DNA of 64,000 bases from Octopus sinensis (lineage: Eukaryota). The notes below the pieces were generated by a model. That model ran no database searches. It was given only the letters and a program-made list of their open reading frames with translations, and had not been told where the DNA came from. Both the position numbers and the translations under genes were made by a program. Positions 1 to 12,794 of the stretch are shown in pieces. Numbering within the stretch: the stretch's first letter is position 1; every line of letters starts with the position of its first letter. The DNA is taken from NCBI RefSeq assembly GCF_006345805.1, contig NC_043008.1, forward strand, positions 7,192,001-7,256,000, written 5' to 3'.

Positions 1-179
1 GACAGCGAAATACCAAGCCCGAGAGTTCGATTCTCGGTCGCAGCAAATGCATCAATTCATTTACATAATTCATATATTTGAACAATGAATACATATCATA
101 AACACTCATCTCCACATTTTGAAGCTGATGCCTTCTGTCGACGTAGCAACATAATATTTAGTTAATTTCATTAGTTCCT

Positions 180-190
180 TGCACCATCAT

Positions 191-224
<34 letters not shown>

Positions 225-396
225 TTCTTTTTCTTCTTCTTCTTCTTCATCATCATCATCATCTTCTTCTTCTTCTTCATCTTCATCATCATCATCTCCT
301 TCTTCATCTTCATCGTCATCTCCTTCTTCTTCTTCTTCATCTTCTTTATCATCATCATCTCCTTCTTCTTCTTCATCATCATCGTCATCTCCTTCT

Positions 397-428
<32 letters not shown>

Positions 429-437
429 TTCTTCATC

Positions 438-494
<57 letters not shown>

Positions 495-528
495 TTCTTC
501 TTCTTCTTCTTTTTCTTCTTCTCCTCCT
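180..528. repeat. Compound (CAT)n/(CTT)n microsatellite with ~27-30 bp higher-order units
   Basis: Direct reading; explains the poly-D/E, poly-H and poly-M/K ORFs at 158-853. Confidence 0.95.
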
Positions 529-689
529 CCTAAATTGTGGGCAACCAAGCACTTCTTTCACTTTCGTTCCTATCATCAACCTCCTCTCACTTCCTACTCT
601 CCGCTTCCCATCCCCTCCTCCTCCTCCTCAACATTATCGTTCGCATCAAAATGGACGGCTCTTCTCAACACAGCCTTTTTTGTTTACAG

Positions 690-807
690 TGGAACCATGG
701 AGAAGTAGGTCTGACGTTGGCTCAACAGATAAAATGCAGCTGCGATGTCAGATGATGCAAGATAAAGTTAGAATTGACGGCAAACTGACAGATATAGATT
801 CTACGAG
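690..807 (+). CDS. Weak candidate internal exon (EPWRSRSDVGSTDKMQLRCQMMQDKVRIDGKLTDIDST), unknown product
   Basis: Acceptor CCTTTTTTGTTTACAG, open frame, weak donor AG|GTGGGC; no homology recognised. Confidence 0.15.
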
Positions 808-1109
808 GTGGGCGAACAGATTTCGTGGTTTTGTGGTTCCAACAGATTTGTAGGGTTTGGCCAGCGCCTCTTCACGTTTTTATATCAAGCAGACAACTGA
901 CAATACGATAACGTCACTTTAGATTGAAAGGAAAATTCTGGGTTATGTTCGTGTATTTATAGGCATACGGGAATATTCTTGCATTTGAATAGAGGTTATA
1001 TGTATGCATGTGTGATTGGGCGGGCGTACACATATGTGTATGGACAGACACATAAGATTATGTCATTTATGATATTATAAAAATCTAACGGGTGTTTTAT
1101 TTTGTTCTT

Positions 1110-1130
1110 ATGTGTGTGTGAGCATACATA

Positions 1131-1211
<81 letters not shown>

Positions 1212-1510
1212 ATGTATACGTATGTGTATGTATATGTATGTGTATATGTGTATATGTGTATATGTGTAAATGTATGTATATGTGTATATGTATGAACATG
1301 TATGTATATGTGTTTATGTATGTATATATATATATTTATATATTTATATAAATATGTATATATATATGTATATGTATATAGATATATGAATTAATACATA
1401 TATATGTACATAATATATATGTATTTGTATATATATATATATATATGTACATATGCATATATATATATTCTGTATATATTCATATATATGTATGTATGTA
1501 TCTATCTATC
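1110..1510. repeat. (TA)n/(TG)n/(TATG)n microsatellite block
   Basis: Direct reading. Confidence 0.95.
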
Positions 1511-1942
1511 ACTATCTTTATGAATGAATGAATATATAGTTACATATACCTATGTGCCCTTTGTGTATTAAATTTTACAGACCTTATCGTAAATAACAAA
1601 CTGAACCCTAATACATAGGATAGGGCGAGGGCATCACACGCGTTTGTGAGGAAAGACACACATGAATATCATATCTCATCATATCATATCACACACCAAC
1701 ACGAACGATCACATATACACACATCTCGTTTATTACATTAATGTATTTCGATATCTTACCAGTTAGATTCATGCTTCTGTTTCTCAGATCTCATTTTTCA
1801 TAGTCAAGAATATAGACTTTACAATATATCTGGATATTCTCATCATAAAAAAGCGAATACTGTCGAGAAAAATCTAGATCATAGCATTTCCGATACCTAA
1901 TATATTTTTAATGCTATATCAAGAGTGAAAAGCGAAGCTCAC

Positions 1943-2059
1943 CTTTTACCAAGTCCTTGTAGACTCCTTCGAAAAAATACCTGATCTGAGCACTTGCGAC
2001 TAGGTAGACTGCAGTCAAGGCATCTATTGACCAGAAGGTGATGGTGATTCGGTATATTT
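1943..2059 (-). CDS. Candidate 117-nt phase 1-1 exon (IYRITITFWSIDALTAVYLVASAQIRYFFEGVYKDLVK), loosely SEA-domain-like
   Basis: Acceptor TTACAGATTTCAG, strong donor AAG|GTGAGC, length divisible by 3, open frame; the SEA resemblance is by eye only. Confidence 0.3.
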
Positions 2060-2424
2060 CTGAAATCTGTAACAAGTATTAAATCATAAATCTGTAATAA
2101 GTATTACGCCATAAATCTGTAACAAGTGTTAAGTGGTAAGGACATAAATATTTTATTTTTACAACGATGGTTTACTGGGTTTAATATTTACGCACCATTC
2201 TACCGTTTAAAATTAAACGGACACGATATACACGAGTGATAGCACCGCTGTCTTTGCTACTGATTAACGAGTAAATAATTGTAGGGTTGGTTGTGTGTGC
2301 CTATAAATCTTCTATTGAGCTGGAGTTGTTTTGTGCTCATTATATAAAATACTAACGTTCTACTGTCTCCAATTAGAATTCTTAGTCAAATATTTACTAA
2401 TTATTGATTTCATATTTCGGCATA

Positions 2425-2580
2425 AAGCCAGTAATTTCGGAGAAAGAGATTCAGTCGATTACATCGACCCCAGTATTCAATTGGCTCTTATTTTATCGAA
2501 CCCAATAGGATGAAAGGCAAAGTCTTTCTCAGTTTAGCATTTTGCCCGGCGTGCTTACGATTCTGCAAAGTTCGTCGGCT
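2425..2580 (-). mobile_element. SINE family A (tRNA head + Nin/Deu-like domain), decayed
   Basis: GTCGATTACATCGACCCCAG and GGATGAAAGGCAAAGTC match the other family A copies. Confidence 0.8.
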
Positions 2581-3104
2581 TAAAATATTTAATGCGTGTT
2601 GACCACAAGAAGTGATAGCTTTACTTTAGCAATTAATGAAAACCGCATCCTTTGGTAGAGTAAATCTGAATCCCTTCATGTGTGTGGAACAGAATTCAGA
2701 ATAACAATTACTGTTTATATGTTGTACTGTCGTTACTGTCCTGTTTTTGTTACCATTTTTACCCCTCCGCAAAAAGATTTCAAATTTTATTTAATTTGCT
2801 TTTCGCGGGAAGGAAAGTTTCAATCGAAGATGCATCTCGCCTTCACCTTCGAAACTCAGAGTAGATGAAACCATGGCGAGTGAAGAAGGGAAATTTTCCT
2901 TATGTTATTTGTCCTGTACTCTATTTTTTCGTTGTTTAAGAAAAATGTCCATTTCCTTGGTTTTGTGTTTATGTTTTCGTTTCTCATTGTGTTCAACGTT
3001 TTTTTGGTGTCCTGTACCCATTTATGCATGTATATATACATCTAGAGGTAGGTATGTACATATATGTATGTATATATGCATATGTGTTATTTTATTTATT
3101 AATT

Positions 3105-3119
<15 letters not shown>

Positions 3120-3138
<19 letters not shown>

Positions 3139-3352
3139 CGTGTATGTGTGTGTGTTTGTCCACCCGCTTCGCAACGGATGTTGGTGTGTTTACATCCCTG
3201 TAATGTAGCGGTTCGGCAAAATATTGTGATGCAATAGGTCTCTGGCTGAACAAGTAAAAGAAAAAGTTGACTCAGTCGACTAAAGGGTTTTCAGGACGTT
3301 GCTCTAGCCTGGCCGCAATCTAACCACTGAAAGAAGTAACAAATAAAGGACA
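3120..3352 (+). mobile_element. SINE family D, 3' half (internal TA/TG microsatellite, stem-loop tail)
   Basis: Matches 61020-61260 (CAACGGATGTTGGTGTGTTTACATCCC...). Confidence 0.8.
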
Positions 3353-3973
3353 ATAGATATGATAAACAGAGCAAAAAACCTGAGATTTCAATGATTTATT
3401 CACATATCACGTTTGTGCTCCAGCATGACCACAGCGGCATAGCTGACACGAATAACTGAACGGGAGAATAGGTACCTTATGAAAAGATTATTAGAACAAA
3501 CCAATAAATTTCAGGGAGGCAACGTATTCGATTAGCCTGAAAAAAAAAAGAAAACAATTTGACACTGCTATCTTAATGAAACAACTCTCTAAATAAATTA
3601 TTCGTTGTGATCTTTAACTGGCAAAAAGACAGAATTGTTAACACATGAAGGCTTTGATCTTGGGTTGCTATATTAAGAAGCTGTTGTTAAACAACCACTA
3701 CAAAGAAGTCGATCACTTGAAGCAATGTAAAATATAATTTCGGGTCTAGAAACACTAAGAAAAGCTTATATTGAATTTTTGTTAACGATCCATTTGATAT
3801 ACTTTATCTGTGGGTCATGTCACCTCTAATCTATATACATACCCAGTTTTTAACTGATCGTTTGTAGATTGTGAAGATTATCATTTTGAATGCTTATGCT
3901 AGTGTAGCGATCATATTTTAGAGTCTATTACGTTATCTAGTCTCACCTATTTAGCTTTGGGATTCCACCTCAC

Positions 3974-4050
3974 CTTTAATCTCAGCACATTCGTTAGAAT
4001 CAATATCAATAACATACAGGGGTCGAATCAATTGACTATCCTCCACTTTC
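3974..4050 (-). CDS. Weak candidate exon (KVEDSQLIRPLYVIDIDSNECAEIK), phase-compatible with 1943-2059
   Basis: Donor AAG|GTGAGG, weak acceptor ATTTTATAG, open frame. Confidence 0.2.
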
Positions 4051-4959
4051 CTATAAAATCTGTTTTATCTGTCGGGAAAGAAATCGATACATAAACTTCA
4101 TTTTGGAATTGATTCATAAATTTCATCTTACTCTCTTTCTCTTTCTGTTTCTCTCTCTTTCTCTCTCTCTCTCTCCTCTATCTCTTTCTCTTTTATTCTT
4201 TCTGACTTCCTCTGCTATTTCCACAATGATTATAATCATCAACAATTAATGACGTTTATAAAATTATATAACTCGATAAATACGAAACCCAAATGCTCTT
4301 CTGAAATTACAACCTACTGTAACATGAGTGAAAATCATTTCTGCTGAGATCGTTAATCCTGCTTTTAAAGACATCGTTAACATAGGTGGCTGGTACAGAG
4401 TGGCATTAATAGCAGATCCATTATACCATCTCCCTTGAGTCTCTTACCGCCTTCGGGGAAGATAGGTTACTGATGTCAAACATACAGCAACCTGCACGTA
4501 TGTACATGTGTGTGTGTGTGTATGGATGAGTGTGTGCGTGCCTGTGCGTGTGTGTATGCCTTATACTGCTCCTCGTCGCATCAAATGCCTTCTTAATGGA
4601 ATGGGATCGTCAATAACATAATCTATTGTAGCGATACCAATGATATTGTCCATAATATCATCGTGCTACGGTGTACATATGGAACACTTTATCAGTGGAG
4701 CCGAAAAGATGATAATCTACATTACACACAAGACGAAATTGAGGGTCACCAATTCTACCTAAGACAATTAACTGATAATTAATTCAAATTAATTTGGATA
4801 TACATTAATGTTACACGATTTTAAAAATTTATATTTCTGTATAGCATATGTTATATTTCGTTGAGGTTATCATGGATTTAAGAAAATATGAAAGTAAGGA
4901 TATAAATACAGACTATCAAAATTTGTTGCAATTTTACCAGTAGTCGTATAGGGGTATAA

Positions 4960-5175
4960 TATAATATTTACATTATTTATATTTGACGAATATTTATCCT
5001 CTCCTTGTTTGTTGCTAGCACAACGTTTCGGCTGATATACCCTCCAGCCTGGGTTCTCATTCATAAGGTATTTTTAGACGATATATTATTAATATTATTG
5101 TTATTATTATTCAGGTCAGGACACTGCTGGAATTGAACTCAGAATCTTGGGGTTAGAAGCCCGCGTCCTTAACCT
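4960..5175 (-). mobile_element. Family E element (tRNA-like head, (AAT)n, hammerhead region) with hammerhead core deleted
   Basis: Aligns to 37424-37620 and 38259-38313; 31-nt deletion between CCT repeats removes CUGAUGA. Confidence 0.85.
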
Positions 5176-5204
5176 TATAACAATAATAATAATTAAAAAT
5201 ACTT

Positions 5205-5345
5205 TAACTGGTACTTAATTAATCGACCCCGAAAGGATGAAAGGCAAAGTCGACCTCGGCGGAATTTGAACTCAGAACGTAACGGCAGACGAAATACGGC
5301 TACGCATTTCGCCCGGCGTGCTAACGTTTCTGCCAGATCGCCGCC
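5205..5345 (-). mobile_element. SINE family A
   Basis: Near-consensus ACTGGTACTTAATT...GAAAGGCAAAGTCGACCTCGGCGGAATTTGAACTCAG...CTGCCAG. Confidence 0.95.
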
Positions 5346-5989
5346 ATTCCATTCCTACGTTATATTCGTCTTCTAACGCGTTATTCGGAGCTCAATGTTT
5401 TCTTCAAATATATTTGTTTGCTTTCAAATCAAATTGTCAGAATGTCTGCTTTCTTTGTTCACACATGTACTGAATAATTCGCTAGTTTTCTATTTCTGAC
5501 TCTGGCAAATTGAACATGTCAGGTCGACAAAGCCAGTCCTTACGCCTTTGCTCAATAAACTATTTCTTTTATAACATTTATAAGAATGCTGAGTTGCTTT
5601 GCAGACGGACATTACCTTATTTCTGATGGCGGTGATGTTGTCGTGGCAAAAGTGTTGGTTTTTAAATCACGGACGTGATGACAGAGCGGATACTGTCGTT
5701 TGTTGCTGGTTTCGGAGTCGTAGCTCTTGTCTCGTTTGTGCGTATTTCAACGCTGCTGTTACAGGTTAGGTTAGTAGTAAAACTATTGTTTCTCTTATTC
5801 TTCTTATTTCTGCTGCTGCTGTTGTTGTTCTTGTTGCTGTCGTGGCTAGTACTGCTCTTGTCGATTATATTGTCAGTAGTAATATTTAGTTTCCACCATT
5901 TAATCAGAGGAGAGAACTGTCCTTTAGAAGTTGGAGGTGTGCCTATAATCTGTCCACGTCTCACATTTCTGTGTCATTCACTATTCATT

Positions 5990-6272
5990 TATTATTTTAT
6001 TTGTTTCAGACATTTGACTGCGGCCATGCTGGAGCATTGCCTTTAGTTGAACAAATCGACCGCGGGACTTATTCTTTGTAAGCCTAGTACTTATTCCATC
6101 GGTCTCTTTTGCTGAACCGCTAGTTTATGGGGACTTAAACACGGCAACATCGGTTGTCAAGCGATGGTGGGGGTACAAACACAGACACACAAGTGTATAT
6201 ATATATATATACTACAAGCTTCTTTCAGTTTCCGTCAACAAAATCCACTCACAAGGCTTTGGTCGGCCCGAG
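5990..6272 (-). mobile_element. SINE family D, 5'-truncated
   Basis: Reverse complement of the 60940-61260 type sequence, including the CCAGCATGGCCGCAGTCAAATG tail. Confidence 0.9.
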
Positions 6273-6328
6273 AATATGATAGTAGACAGTTGCTGATATT
6301 GGATACTGTGTCTCAAATAATAATAATG

Positions 6329-6379
<51 letters not shown>

Positions 6380-6560
6380 TTATTAGAAGAATCTTTTAAT
6401 CATCTCAGTTGATGAGGTCATATGGAAGTAGGTCACGAGGCAAAAGCCAACGCACACACACACACGCGCACATTCACACATACATACATACATACATGTA
6501 TGTATGTGTGTGTGTATATAAATATATATATATATATACATACACACATACATGTATGTA

Positions 6561-6592
<32 letters not shown>

Positions 6593-6602
6593 CATACATA
6601 CA

Positions 6603-6633
<31 letters not shown>

Positions 6634-7939
6634 TATACATGCATGTACGTATAATTGTAGTTTTTGTTTCTGCATTTTGAACTTCTATATCCTTCCTCTT
6701 ATTTTTCGATTGTCGAGTTTCGCAGTAAGAAATACAAAGCAACTCACTCAACAATGAAATTTTTAAATCGTAATAAAACAGGTGCTTTTTGTTTCAGTTT
6801 TCTCTTCAGACAATATCTGTTATCTCTTACAAAAAAATATTCTTGATGCAATTTATACTTCTATGTTGTCTCTAAATTTATTATTTATTAATTCAAAGAC
6901 ATCTGAGTAACAAAAATGGTTGTGTACTAACAGAAACGCCTCAGAGTTTATTTACAGAAGTCTATTTCTTATGTTCCGAGTTCAAACGCCACCCGGTTCC
7001 ACAAAATATGTCTATTTTAAAATATCCATCTGCATTGTAGTGTAGAAATGTGTTCTAATTATTCTAAGAGTTTCATTGGCCTCTAATTCATTTCCATTTG
7101 CCATAATGGGAGGACCATCCAATTCTGTTGCCTATAACAATACCATGTAAACTGGCGACACTCTCTCAGTGCAACACTCATAATTATTTGGTTGACGTCA
7201 TTGCTATTTAGCCACAGGACAGACCTAATCGAGTCGCTGTAAGATCAAGGCCAGCGACAGTTGAGACAGTCCAGTCTTTCGTTTTTGCATAGTTTGTGTT
7301 ATCAAGTAAGGGATGTATGAATTGTCGGATATTTGGCAGCTACTTCCAAATTTCTTCAAATCTTAATGCCATGCATCATTTCGGGGTTGATGTAGAAATA
7401 TCTCTAAAGTAATAGGAATGGGGAATGCCTTTTGTTTCTCTACGAGTCTGATTACCGCTCTCCTTCCTCCAGTTTTCCCCACCTCCCCCCACCTCTAACA
7501 CTGTCTCAGAACTGACTATAGCCAACAAGATGGCTAGTTACAAAAGATACACGACGAAAGGCAATAAATCAATGCACGTTTTTTCGGAAACATAAACTTA
7601 CTTCGAAGTATATAATGTATACCTACTTCCTTTCTGTATCAAAATCCCATCAAAAGAAATTATTGATGAAATCTTCGGTGTATTTTGTAAAATAGCTAAT
7701 GTTTGAATGCATGAATCAGTTTAAGTACATGCTTAAAACTCAGGCTCCGGATGAGGTGCCTACATAGCATCTGTCATCTAATACTACTTGTCTATCGTGC
7801 GTTGCCGCGTTTCATGTCTGTGGATGCGTGGTTACTAATGTAAAGGGGACGTGATTAATGATGGCGACGTCTAGCTACGACAGCTCCAGAGCGTCGTTTA
7901 CGACGGAAAGATGTAGTAACCTTATTTGTTCACACTTTT

Positions 7940-8215
7940 GAACAGTCTGCCTCTTTGATAAAGCTTCAATCTTGGATCAAGTCTAGACTGACACAGGGTG
8001 CTTTACACCATGAATGCCATCAAATCTGGTCTTTTCCGGAGTATTTCGGGTTTTATTACGTGGATAATTTCCAGAAATCCTTGATACTGACAGTGTTACT
8101 CGCGGAAAATGCCGGTTCGGTATATACTTTACTGGCGTGGTAGTGCCGTCGCACGCACCTGCCCGAGATGTGCGCAGAGCGATGAAACCGTTCATTATTC
8201 ACTCGTATGGTGCAC
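7940..8215 (+). mobile_element. L1/Tx1-clade LINE ORF2 C-terminal fragment (CCHC zinc knuckle), frameshifted
   Basis: Translates VDNFQKSL / QCYSRKMPVRYILYWRGSAVARTCPRCAQSDETVHYSLVWC (CxxC...ET...C pattern). Confidence 0.7.
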
Positions 8216-8289
8216 GAACACTGCTGAGTAGTGGAATCATGATGGATCGCTTCCATCACATATAGGGCTGGTTCGGGAAAGGAAGCGAA

Positions 8290-10130
8290 CATAATTTCCA
8301 ATTCTTGTTAAATGGAGCCTGTAGATATCAATTTTAGCAGGGTCTGCGCCATTTACCGTAGCTTTTGTATTTAATCCATGTACTCGTGACTTTGTCCATT
8401 TCCAAAAATAAACAGTATACTTGAACCCCTGCAAGTATATTTCTGTTTAGTTTCGTTTCAAAAGACCCTTCCTCAGTCTTTTCATTGCCCTCTTTACACA
8501 CTTTGTCATTGAACTTCCCATTACTTCACCCCCCCCCCCCTCAGCAGATTACTAGTTATCTCTTCATTGAACTGAGGATATTATTTTGAGCTTTCATCGT
8601 ATTAGACTAAATCTGTCGACTTCTCCTCAAAATTAATATTTCACAATCATTCACACCAAAGTGAACGTCTTTTTGCAAGCTTGCCAATATGTGGAACGAT
8701 TGAAGAAGAGAATTAGGATATATTTCATTTTTGGCGTACAGCTTGAGGTCATCCATAAATTGAAGATTTCTTTTCACTCCATTCTGGCAATCTATGGAAA
8801 GATCAAAAGCAGATCTCGATATTCTAGTCGCAATAAGTAATGCTTTCACAAAATGTAACAGAGGTTAAAAAATATTAATCTGAGTTTCGCTTTCTTATGC
8901 GAACTTAATATCATTCTCGCAATATTGAAAAGGATCAGTAACCTGTCTGATTTCTTTCACATCTCTTTCCGTCTTCAGAAAGTTGGACGATTCATTTGTT
9001 ATGAGGCCAGTAACTAATTTCCATAGCAATACTTAATAAGTATTGGGCCTATATTTTCTAACATATCCTCCCTTGTCTAAATCTTTTTTTTTTTTTACAA
9101 ACCTTCTTCCTTTTCTTATTCTTATTGAAACAATAAACACAAAACTGCTGTATGTCAATGCATACACTTCTGAAAATTTTAAGATCGATTCCCTAAACAC
9201 CATCCATTCCAAGAGCTTCCCAGTTTGGTATTTTAGGCGTCTTTTTTATATTTTCCTTTTTATTAAATTATTCTCTTTGATCTATTTTCTTTTTCACATT
9301 TACACTCAGTCAACCAATCTATTTTGCTGGTTTATTGAAACTCTTTGCTCTAGATACTTCACCCACAATACCTTACTGCTTCCTTATTTCGCACATCATT
9401 CATCTGATATTCCTTCCACTGTTCAACAGATGGTTGGACTTTCTTCCATTGTTGCTGCGCTGTCTGTTTTCTAACACTGATTTATCTTTTGTTGGTATCT
9501 AGTATTTTTACCTGATTTTACTTTAACTAGTTGTATTACATCTTCTTCAGCAGCCTCTAACCTTATGTATTTCTCGCTATACATGAAGCTCGTCTTTGTG
9601 TTCTTCATTTACCGACAACTTTTCAATTTATTCTTCCAAATTCTTTATTGAGCAGTTTAACTTCATTCTGAGCTTTTCGCGATGTCTATTCGTTAATTTT
9701 TTCTTTTTCTCTTTTAACTCCAAGAATCACTATAGCAACAGGGGTTTCGTAATATATAATGTTATTTACATCTGTTATAGCCTCCACTTTGATTTCGCAA
9801 ATATTTATCCACGTTCTTTACCGCTTTTCGTAGCTTTTCAGTTTTAATTCCTCTCTAAGCTGACATTTCTTTCAATCACTATTTCTTGTCACATTGAAAC
9901 ACTGAAGTGTTTCAATAAGCTCTTTTTCCTCTTCTTGAATATTCTTTTCCTCTTTGCAATAAAATTTATTTTCAGTCTTACAATTACTTCTTTCCTCTTG
10001 ATAATTCCTTCGACCTTTTCACATTCCTTGTTCCGTTTCCCCTTCTTTGTGAACGTTTATCTTCATCTTACACTGCTCTGGCAATCGCTTATAGCCAAAG
10101 CTGAGACAACCATTGCTATCTCGCTTCTAT
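8290..10130 (-). mobile_element. Old, heavily decayed R4/Dong-clade non-LTR retrotransposon ORF (RT region)
   Basis: In order on the minus strand: KIPNWEALGMDGV*G (~9200-9234), FMDDLKLYAKNE (~8725-8757), GADPAKIDIYRLHLTR (~8305-8352); many stops and frameshifts. Confidence 0.8.
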
Positions 10131-10577
10131 GAGTTTTTAAAAAAATTATGCGATTGGTAATACGCATTTCTGTATCAATAAATCATGAATAGTTTCTGTA
10201 TTGCATTTGCCAGGTTCGCTTCTGTACTAACATTCTATTGCCATTCTATTCCTCTATTCTAAATCATTGGATTCGAATTCTTACCGCAGTAGTTTAATGA
10301 CGCCCAGACCTATCATTTGTACAATAGAAAACATACCCATACTCGTTTATGGCCCCGCAAATAAGACCTGGTGTAATAAAGGACCTAATGTAATGAATAT
10401 TTAGGTAATATTGCATTCATAGATAGGTATGTGAAGATAAGATGGAGGAACAGAGCGTGCTTTAAATGAGACATCACTCAAGAAGGGGTGCCAATGAAAC
10501 CTAAACTGGTCCTTGTCCACATTAACTGCACCAGGCACCAACAGGACACGTCATGGTCACACATTGTTGTTGTTATA

Positions 10578-10610
<33 letters not shown>

Positions 10611-11161
10611 GAGTGAGAGAGCAGTTCATGCCATCAAAGTGACACTGGGGTAAAATATACGAAGCCCAATATACCCATCATGACGACTCGTCTGATAAAG
10701 GTACACCAGGCACATGCATCACAAGCATATGCGCGCGACATGGTGATCTCATATCAAGATAAACAGCACATGACCTTGCAGGTGGGGCCCAGTTAGAATT
10801 TTCTTCAGGTTGAGTAGCCCATCCCGCTCAAACGGTCCCTGAATAAGGGTTGTTTAAGGATGTTGAAAGAACCACCCATGTTTCCAGAGGTGAACCATTC
10901 AAACCCCAAAGAATCCCTCTCAACACATGGCTATGATGCTCCCCCACTACTTCTGCTCGTGATCAGAGATGCACATATCGTCAGCCACTAAGGGACATGC
11001 TCAACTGGTTAAGGTCAAACAACTGACAGGCAAATCTGTGGTATTGAGCAGAATATTTGCTGTAGCCCATCTTTTATACCAAGACAAAACAATGTACATG
11101 ATAACACCTCCAATCAGTTAAGATCAGAAGCCATGAGAGCCACTGCCTGGTACTGCATCAG
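10611..11161. mobile_element. Family F ~550-bp non-coding interspersed element with both ends in (ATT)n
   Basis: Near-identical second copy at 34560-35112; no ORF. Confidence 0.9.
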
Positions 11162-11186
11162 ATTATTATTATTATTATTATTATTA

Positions 11187-11482
11187 TATGTTTGACTTTT
11201 GCTTTATATTTGTACAAGTTGGCTCCAAGTCTCACCCGGAGACCTCAAGAGACAACAGGTTGGAAGTTCACGTTGTCGTTATGCCTAGTGTGCCATATAT
11301 TTGGTTGTTTTTTGTGTTGTACTGGTGGATGTCTAAAAAAAATGTTTGTTTTAAACCTTGAGATTACATAGAAAGTATTTTGCGTAGGATATGAGCAGTT
11401 CCCATGAGCACTATCTTTTGAATTTCTGCCATTTTTGAGTTTCCTGGTATCTGAGTTAGGTAGCTATCAGCCCCTTTTGCTA

Positions 11483-11485
<3 letters not shown>
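11187..11485 (-). mobile_element. R4/Dong 3' end (RLE C-terminus + 3'UTR), subfamily 1
   Basis: MIAKGADSYLTQIPGNSKMAEIQKIVLMGTAHILRKILSM*, then UTR, (TAA)n on both sides; same subfamily as 37631-38086. Confidence 0.9.
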
Positions 11486-11532
<47 letters not shown>

Positions 11533-11563
11533 ATTATTATTATCATCATCATCATTATTGTTA

Positions 11564-11594
<31 letters not shown>

Positions 11595-11619
11595 ATTATT
11601 ATTATTATAATTATTATTT

Positions 11620-12122
11620 ATAGTTTTCTTTCATTATGACTTTATTTCAGCTGCCTAAGTACCAGGCATCCTCTGGGGGACAAGAGTAGTAAGGGCATCT
11701 TTGTTTTGCTATGCATGCAAAAATTATCACCACAGTGCTTTCCGTAGTATATGGGCCGTACCCATCAAGGTTATCTTTTGCAGTTCACGGAGATCGGAGT
11801 TACCTGAGAATGGCATAATATACTTTTCAGCTGGCTTCTTTTTCATTCCCAACGCACCAATTACTACTGGAATGATCGTAGTACTAAGCTTCCACATTTT
11901 TCTGATTTCAGTTTGCGGACCTTTATAGTGAGAAAGCTTTTCGTATTCCTTTCTAGAAACATTTTGTTTTTGTGGGACAGAAATATCTATTAACAGGCAA
12001 CTTCCTCTGTTGTAGTCCTTGATCGCAATGTCTGATCGATTGATTGGTCTAAATTTTTGTCTGTCTGTTTGTATTGGGAAGTTCCAAAAGATGGTGACGC
12101 ACTTGCCATTTGCTACATCCAA
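11620..12122 (-). mobile_element. R4/Dong 3' end (restriction-like endonuclease domain), subfamily 2
   Basis: WNFPIQTDR..NRSDI...LLIDISVP...KEYEKLSHY...IIPVVIGALG...ELQKITLMGTAHILRKALW. Confidence 0.9.
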
Positions 12123-12352
12123 TATTATTTATTGTCTTTGCACAGCTTCTAACGCTGGAGATGTACTACGGTGCCAGCTGTTCACTAACAATGAAATAAG
12201 GTAGCACCCCTTATTTTTCGAGCACTTTCCGGAGTTTAAGAGTGGTCCCAAGCAGTGCTGTTTCTGCAAGTCCTCCAACCTTATTGCAGCCCCTATTTTT
12301 TCAATGTAATTCTCAAGATTTCAACTCACTTTTCCCAGGGCTCCGAAAATTA
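12123..12352 (-). mobile_element. R4/Dong 3' end, subfamily 3
   Basis: IFGALGKVS*NLENYIEKIGAAIRLEDLQK/ALLGTTLKLRKVLEK* (1-nt frameshift), UTR ending TAAATAATA. Confidence 0.8.
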
Positions 12353-12357
12353 ATCGT

Positions 12358-12528
12358 ATTATTGTTATTGTTGTTGTTGTTGTTGTTGTTGTTGTTCTTC
12401 TTCTTCTTCTTCTTCTTTCTTTCTTCTTCTCTTCTTCTTCTTCTTCTTCTCTTCTTCTTCTTCTTCTTCTTCTTCTTCTTTTCTTCTTCTTCTTCTTAAT
12501 ATTATTATTATTATCGTCATCATCATTA

Positions 12529-12566
<38 letters not shown>

Positions 12567-12570
12567 TATT
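12358..12570. repeat. Compound (GTT)n(CTT)n(ATT)n microsatellite
   Basis: Direct reading. Confidence 0.95.
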
Positions 12571-12794
12571 TTTTTTTTCAGTAGTTTTATTTTTTATAGC
12601 GTGCTTCCACTTCACTACCGAGCGCAGCTCTGTGTGCGTTGGGTATGTGCTGTGATTTTTTGTGATGCTCTGATGGTTATTGTATGGAAAGTGTTCTGCG
12701 TAGGATGTGTGCAGTGCCTAGTAGTGCAATTTTCTGTATGTTATATGTGTTTGTAAGTCCTGGTGTTTTTGTTATGTATTTGTCTGAATATTTT

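Noticed and set aside
158-853. 125-224 aa poly-D/E, poly-H/L and poly-M/K ORFs
   Set aside because: Open in several frames only because the (CAT/CTT)n tract lacks stops; no splice or start context
1760-1859. Minus-strand exon with good acceptor and GTAAGA donor as continuation of the SEA-like exon
   Set aside because: Stops in all three frames
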